Origin: the human T2T-CHM13v2.0 reference genome, Homo sapiens
Length of the DNA stretch: 64,000 nt
NCBI RefSeq assembly: GCF_009914755.1
Contig: NC_060940.1
Direction: 5' to 3' (one strand)
Both the position numbers and the translations under genes were made by a program. The notes below the pieces were generated by a model that saw nothing but the letters and a program-made list of their open reading frames with translations, made no database searches and was not told the origin of the DNA. Each line of letters opens with the position of its first letter. Position 1 is the stretch's first letter. This document shows, one piece after another, positions 24,331 through 43,128 of the stretch.

Positions 24331-26409
24331 AAATGGTCAATGGCTTTTTAAAGGGTTTGAAAACAAGAGCAAGATATAGTGAAATATCTATTTCACTCAC
24401 AACGGAAAAAAAAAAAAAAAAAAAAAACTCCCCACAAAGCTTTAGCCACATGTGGGTGGTAAACTCTTCTAAAAATATATCCTCAAGCTGTGTATAGAAC
24501 TGTTTTCTACATTTGGGTATCAGATCAACACATAAAAGGGCAAGGCCTTCAGAAAGATAAAGCGGCTTTTTAACTACCAACTTAATCCTCGAAGATCGAT
24601 TCTTCCAGGAAGAAAAAGGAGAAATATTCAATTCTACTCTGGTCTCCATCTCCCAGCCCCCAGAAAAGAAACACTAAGCTAGGCCCATGAATATGTATAT
24701 CGCAGAAATGACCCCAGAATAAAAAAAGGGATTCCTTAGGCAAAAGAAGGGCACTCACATGCAAATTGTCAGGTCTCCTAAGAAAATAGCCTAGTTTGTA
24801 AACAAGAAAGAGAACCAGCTGCGAGGGTCAAAAAGGTCTGGTCTTTTAGGGTCTCTGGAGAAAAACGTTATTTCCAATAATGGGAGCACAGTGGATCCTG
24901 ACTATAATCAACTTTCAGGAACTATCCAAATTGTACACTTATTAAATTGAATATTGCTTAAAATTCTTAAACTAAGGAGGGTCACCTGGCAGGTTTTAAG
25001 CTACAATAATTCTGCAATACGGTTTTTGTTGTCATGGAATTTAACCTGTCTATCATTCCTGAAAATGTTCAAGGTGAATGGTGCGTCTTAAGCCATAAAT
25101 GGTTAAGCAGGAAGGTAGACAAAAGGGGAAACCCGGACCTCCAGCTCTTTGGGAAAGGAAGCGAGAAATTGGCCTTTGGTTATTTGATCCCAAACAAATT
25201 CCAGTTTCAGTAGACCTCAGTAAAAGTACAGAAGCTCAGAGTGAAATATTTCAGAGAAATGTGTGCCAATTCCATCTTCTGAGTTCAGGCTGTTTCTGCA
25301 GGGCGGTATGTCCCACAAGTCAAAGATAAAGTTACCACAATCTTAAAGCCAGGTTCAAGCATGGCGTAATGACAAATCACAGTGATTTGTGGAATGGAAA
25401 ATGCTTCCATCGGGGAGTTGGGCTGCTCCCCCACAATCAGAGTGGGCAGTTTTCCTCTGGACTCCTGGTGAAACCACATCCCTAGTTTCCACGTGAATCA
25501 CAGTTTTTCATCAAACAGTGCAAGGAGATCATTAATAAGACTGAGACTGCATTAGGATACAAAATTGTATGAACGCTGATGACAATTTCATAGAAAACAG
25601 GCACAAAGACAAAAGACAGAAGCCGCCCGATAAGGACAGCCAGTGGTAGTTGTTTCGTTCTATAAGATTATGCCTTTCTTCTTTATCTTCCACACTTTAA
25701 TATTTTTTAATAAAAAATTTCAAACTATCAGTGCATCATCTAGGAATAACCTCATGGATTCAAGTTTAAGGCAAGACATCATTAAGCTCTTAAACTTACC
25801 TGAGGCACACTGTCAATTAAATCTAAGGCTCCATGAGCTAAATAGCTTAAATTCTCCAACATTATTTTCTCTGAAGCCTCCAGCTTTGGATCCTGGTATA
25901 TAAACTCCTACCTACTGCGAGGTGAGCAGAGAATTACCATCACATAGACACCCTCCAGAATGGTTCCTTTCTTGTGTCCATGCCTTAAGCTCTATGAAAT
26001 TACACAATTCTTCTACTGAAATAACCTGCAGCCAAGGGACAACTTCATTAGCTACAAAGCTGTTGTCACCTGTGTCCAGAGTGTCAATCAATACAGGCTC
26101 AAACAACAAGATGAAATTATGAGGACCCTGGAAAATGCCACTTGACCTCAAATAACAATTCTTAGGCAAGTAAACATCAATCAAATTCAGAACAGACCAT
26201 GGGTGGCCAAACAGACCCGGGAGACGTCAAAAATATGTGTGCTAAAGAAACACAGAACTAAGGAAGTCTATTTACCTGATAGACCGCCTCACCCACGGGG
26301 CTATTTTCACTGCTGTAAAAGCGAAAACAAATAGAGGACAAGTCACAGTGCCAAGAATACAGGACTTCCTCTTGCAGATCCTCTTTTTTCCACCCTCACT
26401 GTAGCTCTG

Positions 26410-26419
26410 GGGAAATTCC
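26410..26419 (+). promoter_or_regulatory. NF-kB consensus site
   Basis: GGGAAATTCC. Confidence 0.4.
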
Positions 26420-27011
26420 TATTCAGTGGGAGAAGTTTAAGTCACAAAACGGCACCAGCCCATTCTCAAAGTGCTATTATACACCTCTGAGCAGTGAGGA
26501 TGGGTAATGTCAGCAAAATATGCACTGTTTATTTTCTTGAAAATTAACTTGGGCTGGAAACGCCTTCCAGCTCCTTCCTCTCAGTGGATTTTCCATTTAC
26601 TGTCTTCAACCACCTGGGCTTGTCTGTACCTCCTCCACAGCTCTACTGAGACCCTCCTGTTTGTCTGAACTATGTCCTCATGTTCCTTCTGCCACATGTG
26701 CTCAGGCCTCAGTTTTTCCATGAAACTTTCTCTAACTTAGCTGCCTCCTTTCCACTGTTCTCAAGCCCTTTCTGGAGTTACAAGGGCATTAGCAAGCACC
26801 AGCTTTTTCGCCGGTGTGTGTTTCTACTTTCTACCCATTGCGTAAACCCCTCAGGACCAGGAGCCATTCTTCTGCATCCTTTACACGGCAAGGGTAGCGC
26901 TTTATTTCTCAACAGCCCGCCCATAAAAGGAACGGAAGTAACAAAGGGAAATGTATTCCCCAAAGACAGTGAATTACACTTCAATCTACTATTTTAGAGA
27001 CTTAAGAAATG

Positions 27012-27340
27012 GGCCGGGTGAGGTAGTTCACACCTGTAATCCCAGCATTTTGGGAGGCCAAGGCAGGTGGATCACTAGAGGTCAGAAGTTCGAAAACAGC
27101 CTGGCCAACATGGCAAAACCCTGTCTCTACTAAAAATGCAAAAATTACCTAAGCATGGTGGCACCCAACTGTAATCCCCGCTACTTGGGAGGTTGAGACA
27201 CTAGAATTGCTTGAACTCAGGCAGGGGGTTGAGGTGGGGTGGGGAGGGTTAGAGGTTGCAGTGAGCCGAGATCGCACCACTGCACTCCAGCCTAGGCGAC
27301 AGTGAGACTCTGTCTCAAAAAAAAAAAAAAAAAAGAAAGA
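27012..27340 (+). mobile_element. AluS-like with G-run insertion
   Basis: Alu motifs plus poly-A. Confidence 0.88.
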
Positions 27341-28231
27341 AATTGATCCTACGTCTTAGATCAATCACCCAGTCACTTAATCTGTGAAAACATTACAAGA
27401 TACTTTCTCAAATGTGAATAAATGCATCAATTATTCATGCCTTAAAGTAACAGGAAAGAGGGAGATGGGCCTCCCTCATGGTAGATTACAATTAAATGTT
27501 TCTTAGAGAGTTTGGTGCACATTTAGTTCCCAGAGCAAGGGCTGGTGGAGAAGAAAGCCAAGTGCAATATGGGTGTTACTCTATGCCAGGTAAAGCAAGT
27601 CACACGCCATCTAGATCCTGCTCCAACTGATAAAACCAAAACACTGGTGGAATTCCAGATACCAGCCTGCACTTCTCTCTGTAGGCATCTGGGTTAGTCC
27701 TAAATAGGAAGTCCTAAAAAGAGTCACTCTGAGAAGGCAGGGGGTGAGAGGGCAGATGAGGCAGCCAAGCACACATTAAGGCAAATCATGGCTTTCCTAA
27801 AGAGGACCCCAAGCTGGGCTTCAGACAGTCTTTGAACCAGCACCAGTGCACCAGGCCAAGGGGAGGGAGGCATCCTCTTTGGGAAGACTGGTAGGAGCTT
27901 GGAAGACCCCGTGGCTTCCACAAACTGTAGATTTCCCAGTGACCACTGCTCAGTCCAACAGCCAGTGACATCAGCTCCACTGTCGGGAAGTAGAAAACCA
28001 GTGAAGGTCCAACTAGCCTGGTCCCTGAAGCATGACTGGCCCTTCCAGAACACACACCTTTCCCCTATCACCTCCTCTCCCTGACCCCGAAGAGCTTCGG
28101 GCACACCACCAACTGACCACCTATCCACAGTGACCTGCAAACCAGAGCGGGGAGGGTATTTGCCTAGCTTGGCAGGGAGGGGCGAGATCCACTTCTGCCA
28201 CCAGTCACCAGCTGGTCCCACCAGCACCTAC

Positions 28232-28459
28232 CCAGCACCGGCGGTGGACGGTGAGCGGCGTCTGGGCCCAGAGCTGGGTGCCATCAGCAGTAAGAGGACC
28301 CCTGCGCTCGCGGGGTGCCCGCCTTACCCCGCGGGGAGGGGTCAGGCCTAGGGGCCACGGCCCGCTTCGCTCTCTGATTTTCACCTCCCCAGGGTCTCCC
28401 AGGGGCCTCGGGTGTCCTTCCCGGATCTTGCGCGAAGTCGCGGGGGCAGGGAGAGAAAC
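28232..28459 (-). other. LITAF: LITAF non-coding first exon (proximal)
   Basis: Reverse complement GTTTCTCTCCCTGCCCCCGCGACTTCGCGCAAGATCC...CCACCGCCGGTGCTGG matches the recalled LITAF mRNA 5'UTR; donor TGG|GTAGGT at 28232/28231. Confidence 0.88.
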
Positions 28460-28971
28460 GCGGGTACCCGCGCCCCTAGAAGTCAAATGTTTGGCAAATA
28501 GCATTTGGGAATTCGTTGGGGTTTTTTTGTTTGTTTTGGTTTTGTTTCTGAACCCCCGGGGGATATTTCTGGAAATCTCAACCTGAGTCACTAGAGAGAA
28601 TCGCGCCTTTTTCTAAAAAGCCCAGGGGCCGTCCTCTCCGGGGAGGGGGACGCGGCGGGCCGCGAAGGGCGCTCGTTCGGGTGGGGGCCGGACGACCCCG
28701 CCACGCGCGATCGGGCCACTCTGGGACGCAGGAGCTGAACCCAACCGGAGACGCGGCCGGGACCAGCGCTGGGAGGCCGGACCCCGCCCCGGCCGGGCCC
28801 CCACGCCCTCCGCCGCGCCTCGATGCCCGCGACCCGACCCGCGCCCCCTGGCATCCCAGGAGGCCCCAGCCAAGGGCTCAGTGCCCGGGGCCCCCAGCAG
28901 GTGCTGGCGCCACCGGCCCCCCGCTGTCTCCCGCTGGTCCCCGCGCCCCGGCGTCCCCGCGCCGCACTCAC

Positions 28972-29036
28972 CGCCGCCCGCGCCGCCTGTCGAGCCGGGA
29001 GGTCTGAGCTGGCCTCTCGGGCGCCCCGAGAAAAGG
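28972..29036 (-). other. LITAF: LITAF short non-coding first exon (middle)
   Basis: ...GAGAGGCCAGCTCAGACCTCCCGGCTCGACAGGCGGCGCGGGCGGCG|GTGAGT; recalled LITAF leader; 5' boundary approximate. Confidence 0.8.
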
Positions 29037-29236
29037 GCCGGGCGGCGGGGACGGGGGCGGGGGCTGGACCCGCCGGGGCGGAGCGCGGCGGGCTTGGGCT
29101 TCCGGCTTCTCCCGCCCCCGCGGCCGGCACCTGGGCCCCAGGCGAGACCATCGCCGGTTCCCCGCCTCACTCTGATCGCCCCCAGGCTCCATCCCACACC
29201 CGGCTCGCTCGCCACCCCAGAGCTTCCCAGGCTTAC

Positions 29237-29552
29237 CCCCGAGACGCCTGGCGCGGACCTGGTGTCTCCCCGACTCTCCTATCCTGCCCCTGCCTCTCGG
29301 TGCCAGCCCCACCCGTCCGCCCCCGACAGCCTGGCCCTCCCTCCTGATTTGCCGCTCGCGGCTCTCCCCACTTTCCCCCCTCCCCGCGCCGCTCCACCAC
29401 TTCCAGGCGGCGGGACCACCAACCTCGACCCCGGACCCGCGCTGGGGCGCTCCCGGCCCTCTGGAGGGCGGCCCTTCTCTTCCTGTAACTCTACAGACGC
29501 GTCCGGACAGACCAAGACACTCTCTGTGCCTTCGGGCATGTTACCCATCCTC
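29237..29552 (-). other. LITAF: Probable third LITAF non-coding first exon (distal edge of CpG island)
   Basis: Donor GGG|GTAAGC at 29237/29236; spacing fits my recollection of a third RefSeq start; 5' boundary approximate. Confidence 0.6.
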
Positions 29553-30297
29553 TCTGAGCTCGGCTTCCTGTCTGCAAAATGGGCACAATAGCGGTCCTGT
29601 CTCCTAAGACCGACTGGGAGTGAACTGGGAAGATGGTAAAGTTTTTAGCACAGGATAGGTATTAGGTAAGGCTTATCAGCTGCCTGTCCGCTTTGTGCCC
29701 CCAGGGTGGTCCGTGCCGCCAGGTAGGCCTTTCTCAGCCATCACTGAAAGCAAGCTCTGGAAATCAGTAGCCCCATTTCACATCCGCCCCTAAATGGGTG
29801 CCATCTGCCCGTCTGCTTGGAGCCCCATCGGCCGGCTGCAGTGATAACAGCAGCAGCCTGGATCCAGCAGGCTCTCTGGGAAATCATTAGAGGGAATTAA
29901 GAAGCATGCCTGGCTTTCAGAGTACACAGAGTCAGGAGATGGGCAGAACCACGATGTGGCCATCCACAAACAAACGCCATTTGGACAGGGAGCTTCCGAG
30001 CCCCATGCTGGCAAAGACCTGGATCTTAGAACCCTCCGGTGCCCAAATCCCATGCCTTTACCCGAGGTCCTAAAGATAGTGAGGCCCAGATAGGGAGTGT
30101 GGCTTGTCCCGGGTCCCTCAGCAAAGTGTCCCCAGCCCCAAGTTCTTGCCACCTTGCGCCATGTCCACTGACGGGCCACCCTCAGCCGTGGACGAGTTAC
30201 CAAGTTGGAAGGGATTTCAAAGTTCTCCCAAGCATAGGAGGTTCCCATGTAGATGTTATTAGTGTGGGCAACATTTTACTGCTTTTAAAATATGAAG

Positions 30298-30570
30298 GGG
30301 GCGGGTGCAGTGGCTCTTGCCTATAGTCTCAGGACTTTGGGAGGCCATGGCCAGAGGATCTCTTGAGCCCAGGAGTTCAAGGCCAGGCTGGACAACATAG
30401 TGAGACTCCATCTCTATAAAAATTTTTTTAATTAAAAGAATAATAATAAAGCGGTGGAGTGGTGGCATGTGCCAGCTACTCAGGAGGCTGAGGTGGGAGG
30501 ATTCCTTGACCTCCGGAGGTTGAGGCTGTAGTGAGCTATAATCGAGCCACTGCACTGTAGCAAGCAAGCA
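30298..30570 (+). mobile_element. AluJ-like
   Basis: Diverged Alu. Confidence 0.85.
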
Positions 30571-30710
30571 ACAAAGAAAGAAAGAGGGAAAGAGGGAAAA
30601 GAGAAAGAAAAAAAAAAGAAAGAAAAAGAAGAAAGAAAGAGAAAGAAAGAAAGGGAAAAGAAAGAGAAGGAAAGAAGGAAGGGAGGGAGGGAGGGAGAAG
30701 AGAAGAACAG
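30570..30710 (+). repeat. GA-rich low-complexity tract
   Basis: (AAAG)/(GGAA)/(GGGA) runs. Confidence 0.9.
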
Positions 30711-30889
30711 GAAATTGGATTACACCCAACCTCTGCCATTCCTCCATTCTCAGGACGCAACCAAGGCTTGCAAAGGTACCAATTATTATACTGACATTAA
30801 GACAGAATATCACAGACCATTGCTAGGGAGACATAACACCTAGGGAAAATCTCTCAGAGATAACGTTCAAGAAACATCCCTGTATGAAT

Positions 30890-31010
30890 GCTTTTCTTCC
30901 TTCCTTCCTTTCTGTCTCTCCCTCCCTCCCAACCTTTTCTCCTTCCTTCCTTCCTTCCTTCCTTCCTCCCTTCCTCCTTTCCTCCCTTCCTCGCTTCCTC
31001 CCTTCCTTCC
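30890..31010 (+). repeat. (TTCC)n pyrimidine microsatellite
   Basis: CCTTCCTTCCTT arrays. Confidence 0.9.
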
Positions 31011-31279
31011 TGTAAAAAGCAGTAGTAAGCCTGAATTTTCTTCTGTCCTTTACTGAATACTACCACATCTTCATTTGTTTTTCTTTCCCCAACTGCTGAG
31101 CAGCAACAGGAGCCAGCTTTGTGTTTTTATCCATCCTAAACACTTACCACGGCTGTGAGCTTGCAATTATTTATGGGGAGAGCTATAAGACTGTAACTCT
31201 TTTCTTTGATCCCCAAAAAACCACAGAGATTGAATTTCCAACCCAAGGCTTCCAACCAGGGGGTAAAAGTAAACTGGGC

Positions 31280-36400
<5,121 letters not shown>

Positions 36401-36687
36401 TTTTTTTTTAACATAAACCAGGCATCTATGTGGGCATAGCAACAGGAGGCCAGGCAGGCTATGGTTTTATAGGACATCTGCCAATACCCCAGGAATCACA
36501 CGGACCAGAAAGGAAGATGCTTTTCCTCTGGGTGTACTCTGAAACTTCAGACATGAAGTGGCCACAGGAGGAAAAACTGGTTCCCTAAAAGAATGCAGAC
36601 TATGATCCCACTTATTTTGTTAAAAAGAAAAAGAAATACACACACACCTGGAGGAAAAGGTTTCCAAGGAAAAAGAATGCTATAGAG

Positions 36688-37075
<388 letters not shown>

Positions 37076-37493
37076 CTACTGTCCATTTTCTAATGTTTCA
37101 AGAACAAATGCAAGTTGCTTATTGAAAAAAACTAATCTCCAAAACAGGAACCCAGTTGCCAGTAAACAGCCCCCACTGACTGGTCTGTGTTACCCATTAA
37201 CGACCAATTCCGGTCACTCATGTTTCCATAACACCTTTCCATTTCCAAAACATGTTTCCCACATACATCACACGCTTTATCCTCAAAAAAGGTCCATGCA
37301 GCTGGGATTCTTCCAGCTGAGTTATGCAGATGGGGAGCCTGAGGCCAGGAGGACAGGAGGCTTGCCTGAGGTTACACCCCCAACCCCAATTCTGGCTCAG
37401 TGGCCTGGCCCTGACCCTGGCCAAACGCTTTGTTTCTGCTGCTGCCAAGATGGAGCTGAAACGGGGTGAGCTCATGGGCAGAGGGAGGCTTTA

Positions 37494-38054
<561 letters not shown>

Positions 38055-38539
38055 CGTGAGATCTGCCTCTGGCCAGGACAGGATATCCGAGTGAGCAGGC
38101 GGCCTGGCTCCAAGTCCATGGACAGTCCCTGGTCACCGTCTGGGGGTGATGGCACCTGCAGCCAGTGGCACAGGTAGAGGCCCAGGTGAGCTTCCCAAGC
38201 ACTGTAATTAATGGGTCAACCCTTCCCCTCGGGGTGTGGGACCATCCCAGAACTGGCTAGGCCTCAGTCTTCACCACGGCCAGGAGAAGCAGCCCAGCCG
38301 GATAGCAGGTGGGGCCTTTCCAGCCTGCCCAGAGTGAGGCCCGGGTTACCTGCTTCAGGGCAGGGGCCCTGTAAACCGCAGGAAGAGCGTGTTCTCAGGA
38401 TGGGAGGCCTGATCCACTTAATAATGACACACAGGTGTCCTCTTGGCCACAGGGATTGTGCTGCATGACTGTGTTTCTATTTAACAAAACATACCCAGGT
38501 CACAGCAACTGGCATCTGATGCAGAATGAAATCCCAATA

Positions 38540-38940
38540 GAGGAGGAGGAGGAGGAAAAGAGAAGTAAGGGGAGGAGGGGGAGGGGGGAAGGGGAGGAGG
38601 AAAGGAGAAGAAGGGGGAGGAATGGGAGGACAGAGAGGGGAGGAGGCAGAGGGGAGGAGGAGGGGGAGAGGAGGAAGGGGAGGAGGGAGGAAAGGAGGAA
38701 GGGGAGAGGAGGAGAGAGAGGAGGGGAAAAGGATGAGGGGGAGAGGGAGGATGTGGAGGGAAAAAGGAGGGGAGGGGGAAGGAGCAGGGGGAGAGGGAGG
38801 AGGGGGGAGCGTGAGAGTGAAGGAGAAGGGGAGGAGGAAGAGAAGAAGGGAGAGGAGGAGGGGGAGGGGGACAGGGGAGAGGGGGAAGGGACAGGAGGAA
38901 AGAAGAGGGGGAGGAGGAGGAGGTGGTGGGGAGGAGGAAG
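38540..38940 (+). repeat. 400-bp G/A-rich polypurine tract
   Basis: Almost exclusively G and A with many GGG(G) runs. Confidence 0.95.
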
Positions 38941-39019
38941 ACAGTGATGGGCACACAAGCTGAGTACCCACTGGGTGCCGAGCCCTGGAATGTAAAAGCA
39001 CTTTTACATCCACCATCTC

Positions 39020-39700
39020 ATTTTCTCCTTACAACAATCCAGCTGTTTTACAGATTAGGCAACTGAAGCCCAGACAGGTAAAGTAACATGCCTCGAATCA
39101 CAGAGCAAGAAGGTGACTACAGGTAAAATTTGCACCAGGTCTGGCTGATTCGTGAAGTTGTCAGGCAGCTTTCTCACCCTCTCAGGTGATGTGTCCTAGG
39201 AACCAGGCACCATTTCAGGAGCTAGAACTGGGGTAACAAGATAGCGGTCCCAACTCCCCTGGAGTTTATATTCTGGTTAGGAGCAGGGGAGGAAAAATCC
39301 ACAATAAACAAGTACCCTGTGACTTTGGGGTCATCTACTGGCACTTTATCTTCCTTGTAGCCTCCAGGAAACACACGTCTTCATAACACAGAAGAATTTC
39401 ATTCTTTGAGCTCCATTCCACAACCCACTGGGGGTGTGGGGAGAGGCTGGGCAGTGGAGTGCGGGTGGAGCATGAGTCATAGAATTATAGTCGCCTAACA
39501 AACAGTCACAGTCACATAGGCCACCAGACTCCTCTCTCCCAGCAACCCTATAAGGGAAATATTATCATCTCCGCTTTACAGACTTAGCAATACAGGCCCA
39601 GAGAGGTCAGGCAGGTTGTCAAAGGTCACACAGCCAGCACATGGCAGCAGTAGGATTTCAACCCAAGCTGTCTGGCTCTACGTCCATGCTCAGCCCCCAT
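39020..39700. mobile_element. MIR remnants
   Basis: TTTTACAGAT..AACTGAAGCCCAGA; AGGCCCAGAGAGGTC..AAGGTCACACAGC. Confidence 0.65.
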
Positions 39701-39989
39701 GCTGTGGAGAGCTTAGAGCTTTCTAGATGGCCCAGATCTGTGACTTTCTGGCCACAGAACCTAAGAACCTTCCCTTCCAAAACAGTGTCCTACAGAGCCC
39801 AACTCACAGAACAGAAACAAGCAGTTCTGTGTGAGGTGAGGCAAGTCCCTGCCCTCCGCAGTCTGAAGGAGAGCCCTCTGCCTGTTTTCCCCGCTCCAGC
39901 CCCGTCATTTTATAGCTGAGGCCCAGAAAGGGGTTGAGGAGCTAAAGGCCCCACAGCCAGGCTGGAAATGGGACAAAACCCAGCATGCT

Positions 39990-40286
39990 TTTTTGCTTTC
40001 TTTTTTCTTTGTAGAGACAGGGTCTTGTGTAGTCACCCAGGCTGGAGTGCAGTGGCGCTATCATAGCTCACTGCAGCCTCTACCTCCTGAGCACAGCAAT
40101 TCTCCCGCCTCAGACACCCGAGTAGCTGGGACTACAGGCATGCGCCACCACGCCCGGGTAATTTTTTACTTTTTGTAGAGATGGGTTTCCCAGGCTAATC
40201 TTAAACTTAATCCTAGGCTCAAGTGATCCTCCTGCCTCAGCCTCCCAAGGTGCTGGAATTACAGGCATGAGCCTCTGTGCCCGGCC
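39990..40286 (-). mobile_element. AluJ-like
   Basis: Reverse Alu. Confidence 0.85.
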
Positions 40287-40741
40287 AAAAGCTCAGCACT
40301 CTTGGGTCTCCATGCAAGTTTCTCTCCTCTCTTGGGGCACCCACTGAGGCCCCACTGTCTCTCCAGGGCCTGAGCCTTTTTTTTTTTTTTGCCCCAGACA
40401 ACAACAAGCCAAGATGCCACTCTTCTACTCGGCTTGCAAAATAACCTCCTTGTCTAGGGTTTTCTCCAAGACGCACCATGGCTGGGCTGTTGCTGTGTTT
40501 CCCGAAATTTGAACCTCCATATCAGTGTCTGTCCATCATCTGAGACCCCTGGCACGAGCTGCGGTGGCTCAAGGCGGGTTTCTTTTCCTGAGGCCAGAAG
40601 GGGAAGCGCAGGTAGGGAGTCGTGCCTGTGGGTACCGGGAAGCCACAGGTTGCTCAACCTCCCGAGGGGGTAACCGGGGCTTACGGTGCAGCCAGGCCCC
40701 CTTTGGTTTTTAGGAAATGGTGAAAGCGGTGACAATGATGA

Positions 40742-41495
<754 letters not shown>

Positions 41496-41759
41496 TCAGC
41501 TATTATGATGATGGTGTTGCTATTGACTTTAAGCTCCCCTTCCACCCAAAACAAAACCCTGCAAGGCCCATGAGTGAGCCCTGGGCTGGAACTCATGTGT
41601 TTCCAGAATCACAGTTTTGATCTGTTTGCTGTAGCCACAGCTTCGTGATAAGAAAATGGTCCTAGCCAAGCAAATGGACTCATGACACAAACCACCCCCT
41701 ACCTGAGCTCTGGACTCAGTCTCCCCAAAGCCCAGAGAGGCGGCAGAGCCCTTCCTGAG

Positions 41760-42499
<740 letters not shown>

Positions 42500-43128
42500 T
42501 GAGAGTGGCAGGAGGCAGCCAAATGCCTAGGCAGATGGGCCGGGTCCCCAGCGCAACCCCACCCCCAAGTGGGAGACAGTTTAAAACCCAAAAGCCAAGC
42601 TAGAAGTTAAATTCTCGGACTGGATTGGGAGCTTGTCTTCCCGTTTGGCATGCTTTCCTCTAGCTGGCCCCCACCCTTCACCTATTTGACATATACCTAC
42701 CTTTTCCTAATTGGTTTTCTACACCGTCATGCCCACCTTTGAGTGGTGTCTTCATTTTAACCTTTTTGCAATACTCACAAACCAGTCAGCCCACACTCCC
42801 CATTCTGAGTCCATAAGAGACCCCAGACCCAACCACAGGGGGAGAACTTCCCTGCCTTCAGGTAGGGGCACCAACCCTGTGTCCCCTCTCCGCTGAAAGC
42901 CGTTTTCATTACTCAATAAAATTCTTCCCCACCCTCCTCCTCCAATGTCCCGCATATCCTCATTCTTCTCGGGCATGGTACAAGAGCTCGGGAACTGCCA
43001 AACATGGATACAAGCTATAATACAGGCAAACCGGGGCATGTCAGTGTGGCTGAGTGAGGCCTGGGCAGGGTGTCGCCTACTGGGGGTCCCTGGTTTGGAA
43101 AGTGACCAAGAAGAAAAATCCCGCATCA
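42500..43128 (+). mobile_element. Solo ERV1 LTR (LTR9-like)
   Basis: TGAGAGTGGCAGGAGGCAGCCAAATGCCTAGGCAGAT start, CTCAATAAAATTC polyA signal, ends AAAAATCCCGCATCA; TSD CCTG/CCGG. Confidence 0.75.

Larger units (their letters stand above)
28180..29620. promoter_or_regulatory. LITAF: CpG island / LITAF promoter with GC boxes and G-quadruplex-like G runs
   Basis: Very high GC and CpG density; GGGGCGGGG/GGGGCGGAG boxes at ~29054-29083; TGAGTCA at 28584-28590. Confidence 0.92.

Noticed and set aside
29534-29543. p53 half-site GGGCATGTTA at the promoter edge
   Set aside because: Single imperfect decamer with no partner half-site
28591-29591. Long overlapping ORFs (174-236 aa) across the CpG island
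   Set aside because: Stop-codon depletion from high GC; P/R/G/A-rich with no domain; they cross known splice donors
38435-39016. Overlapping E/G/R-rich and P/S/L-rich ORFs
   Set aside because: Artefacts of the polypurine tract
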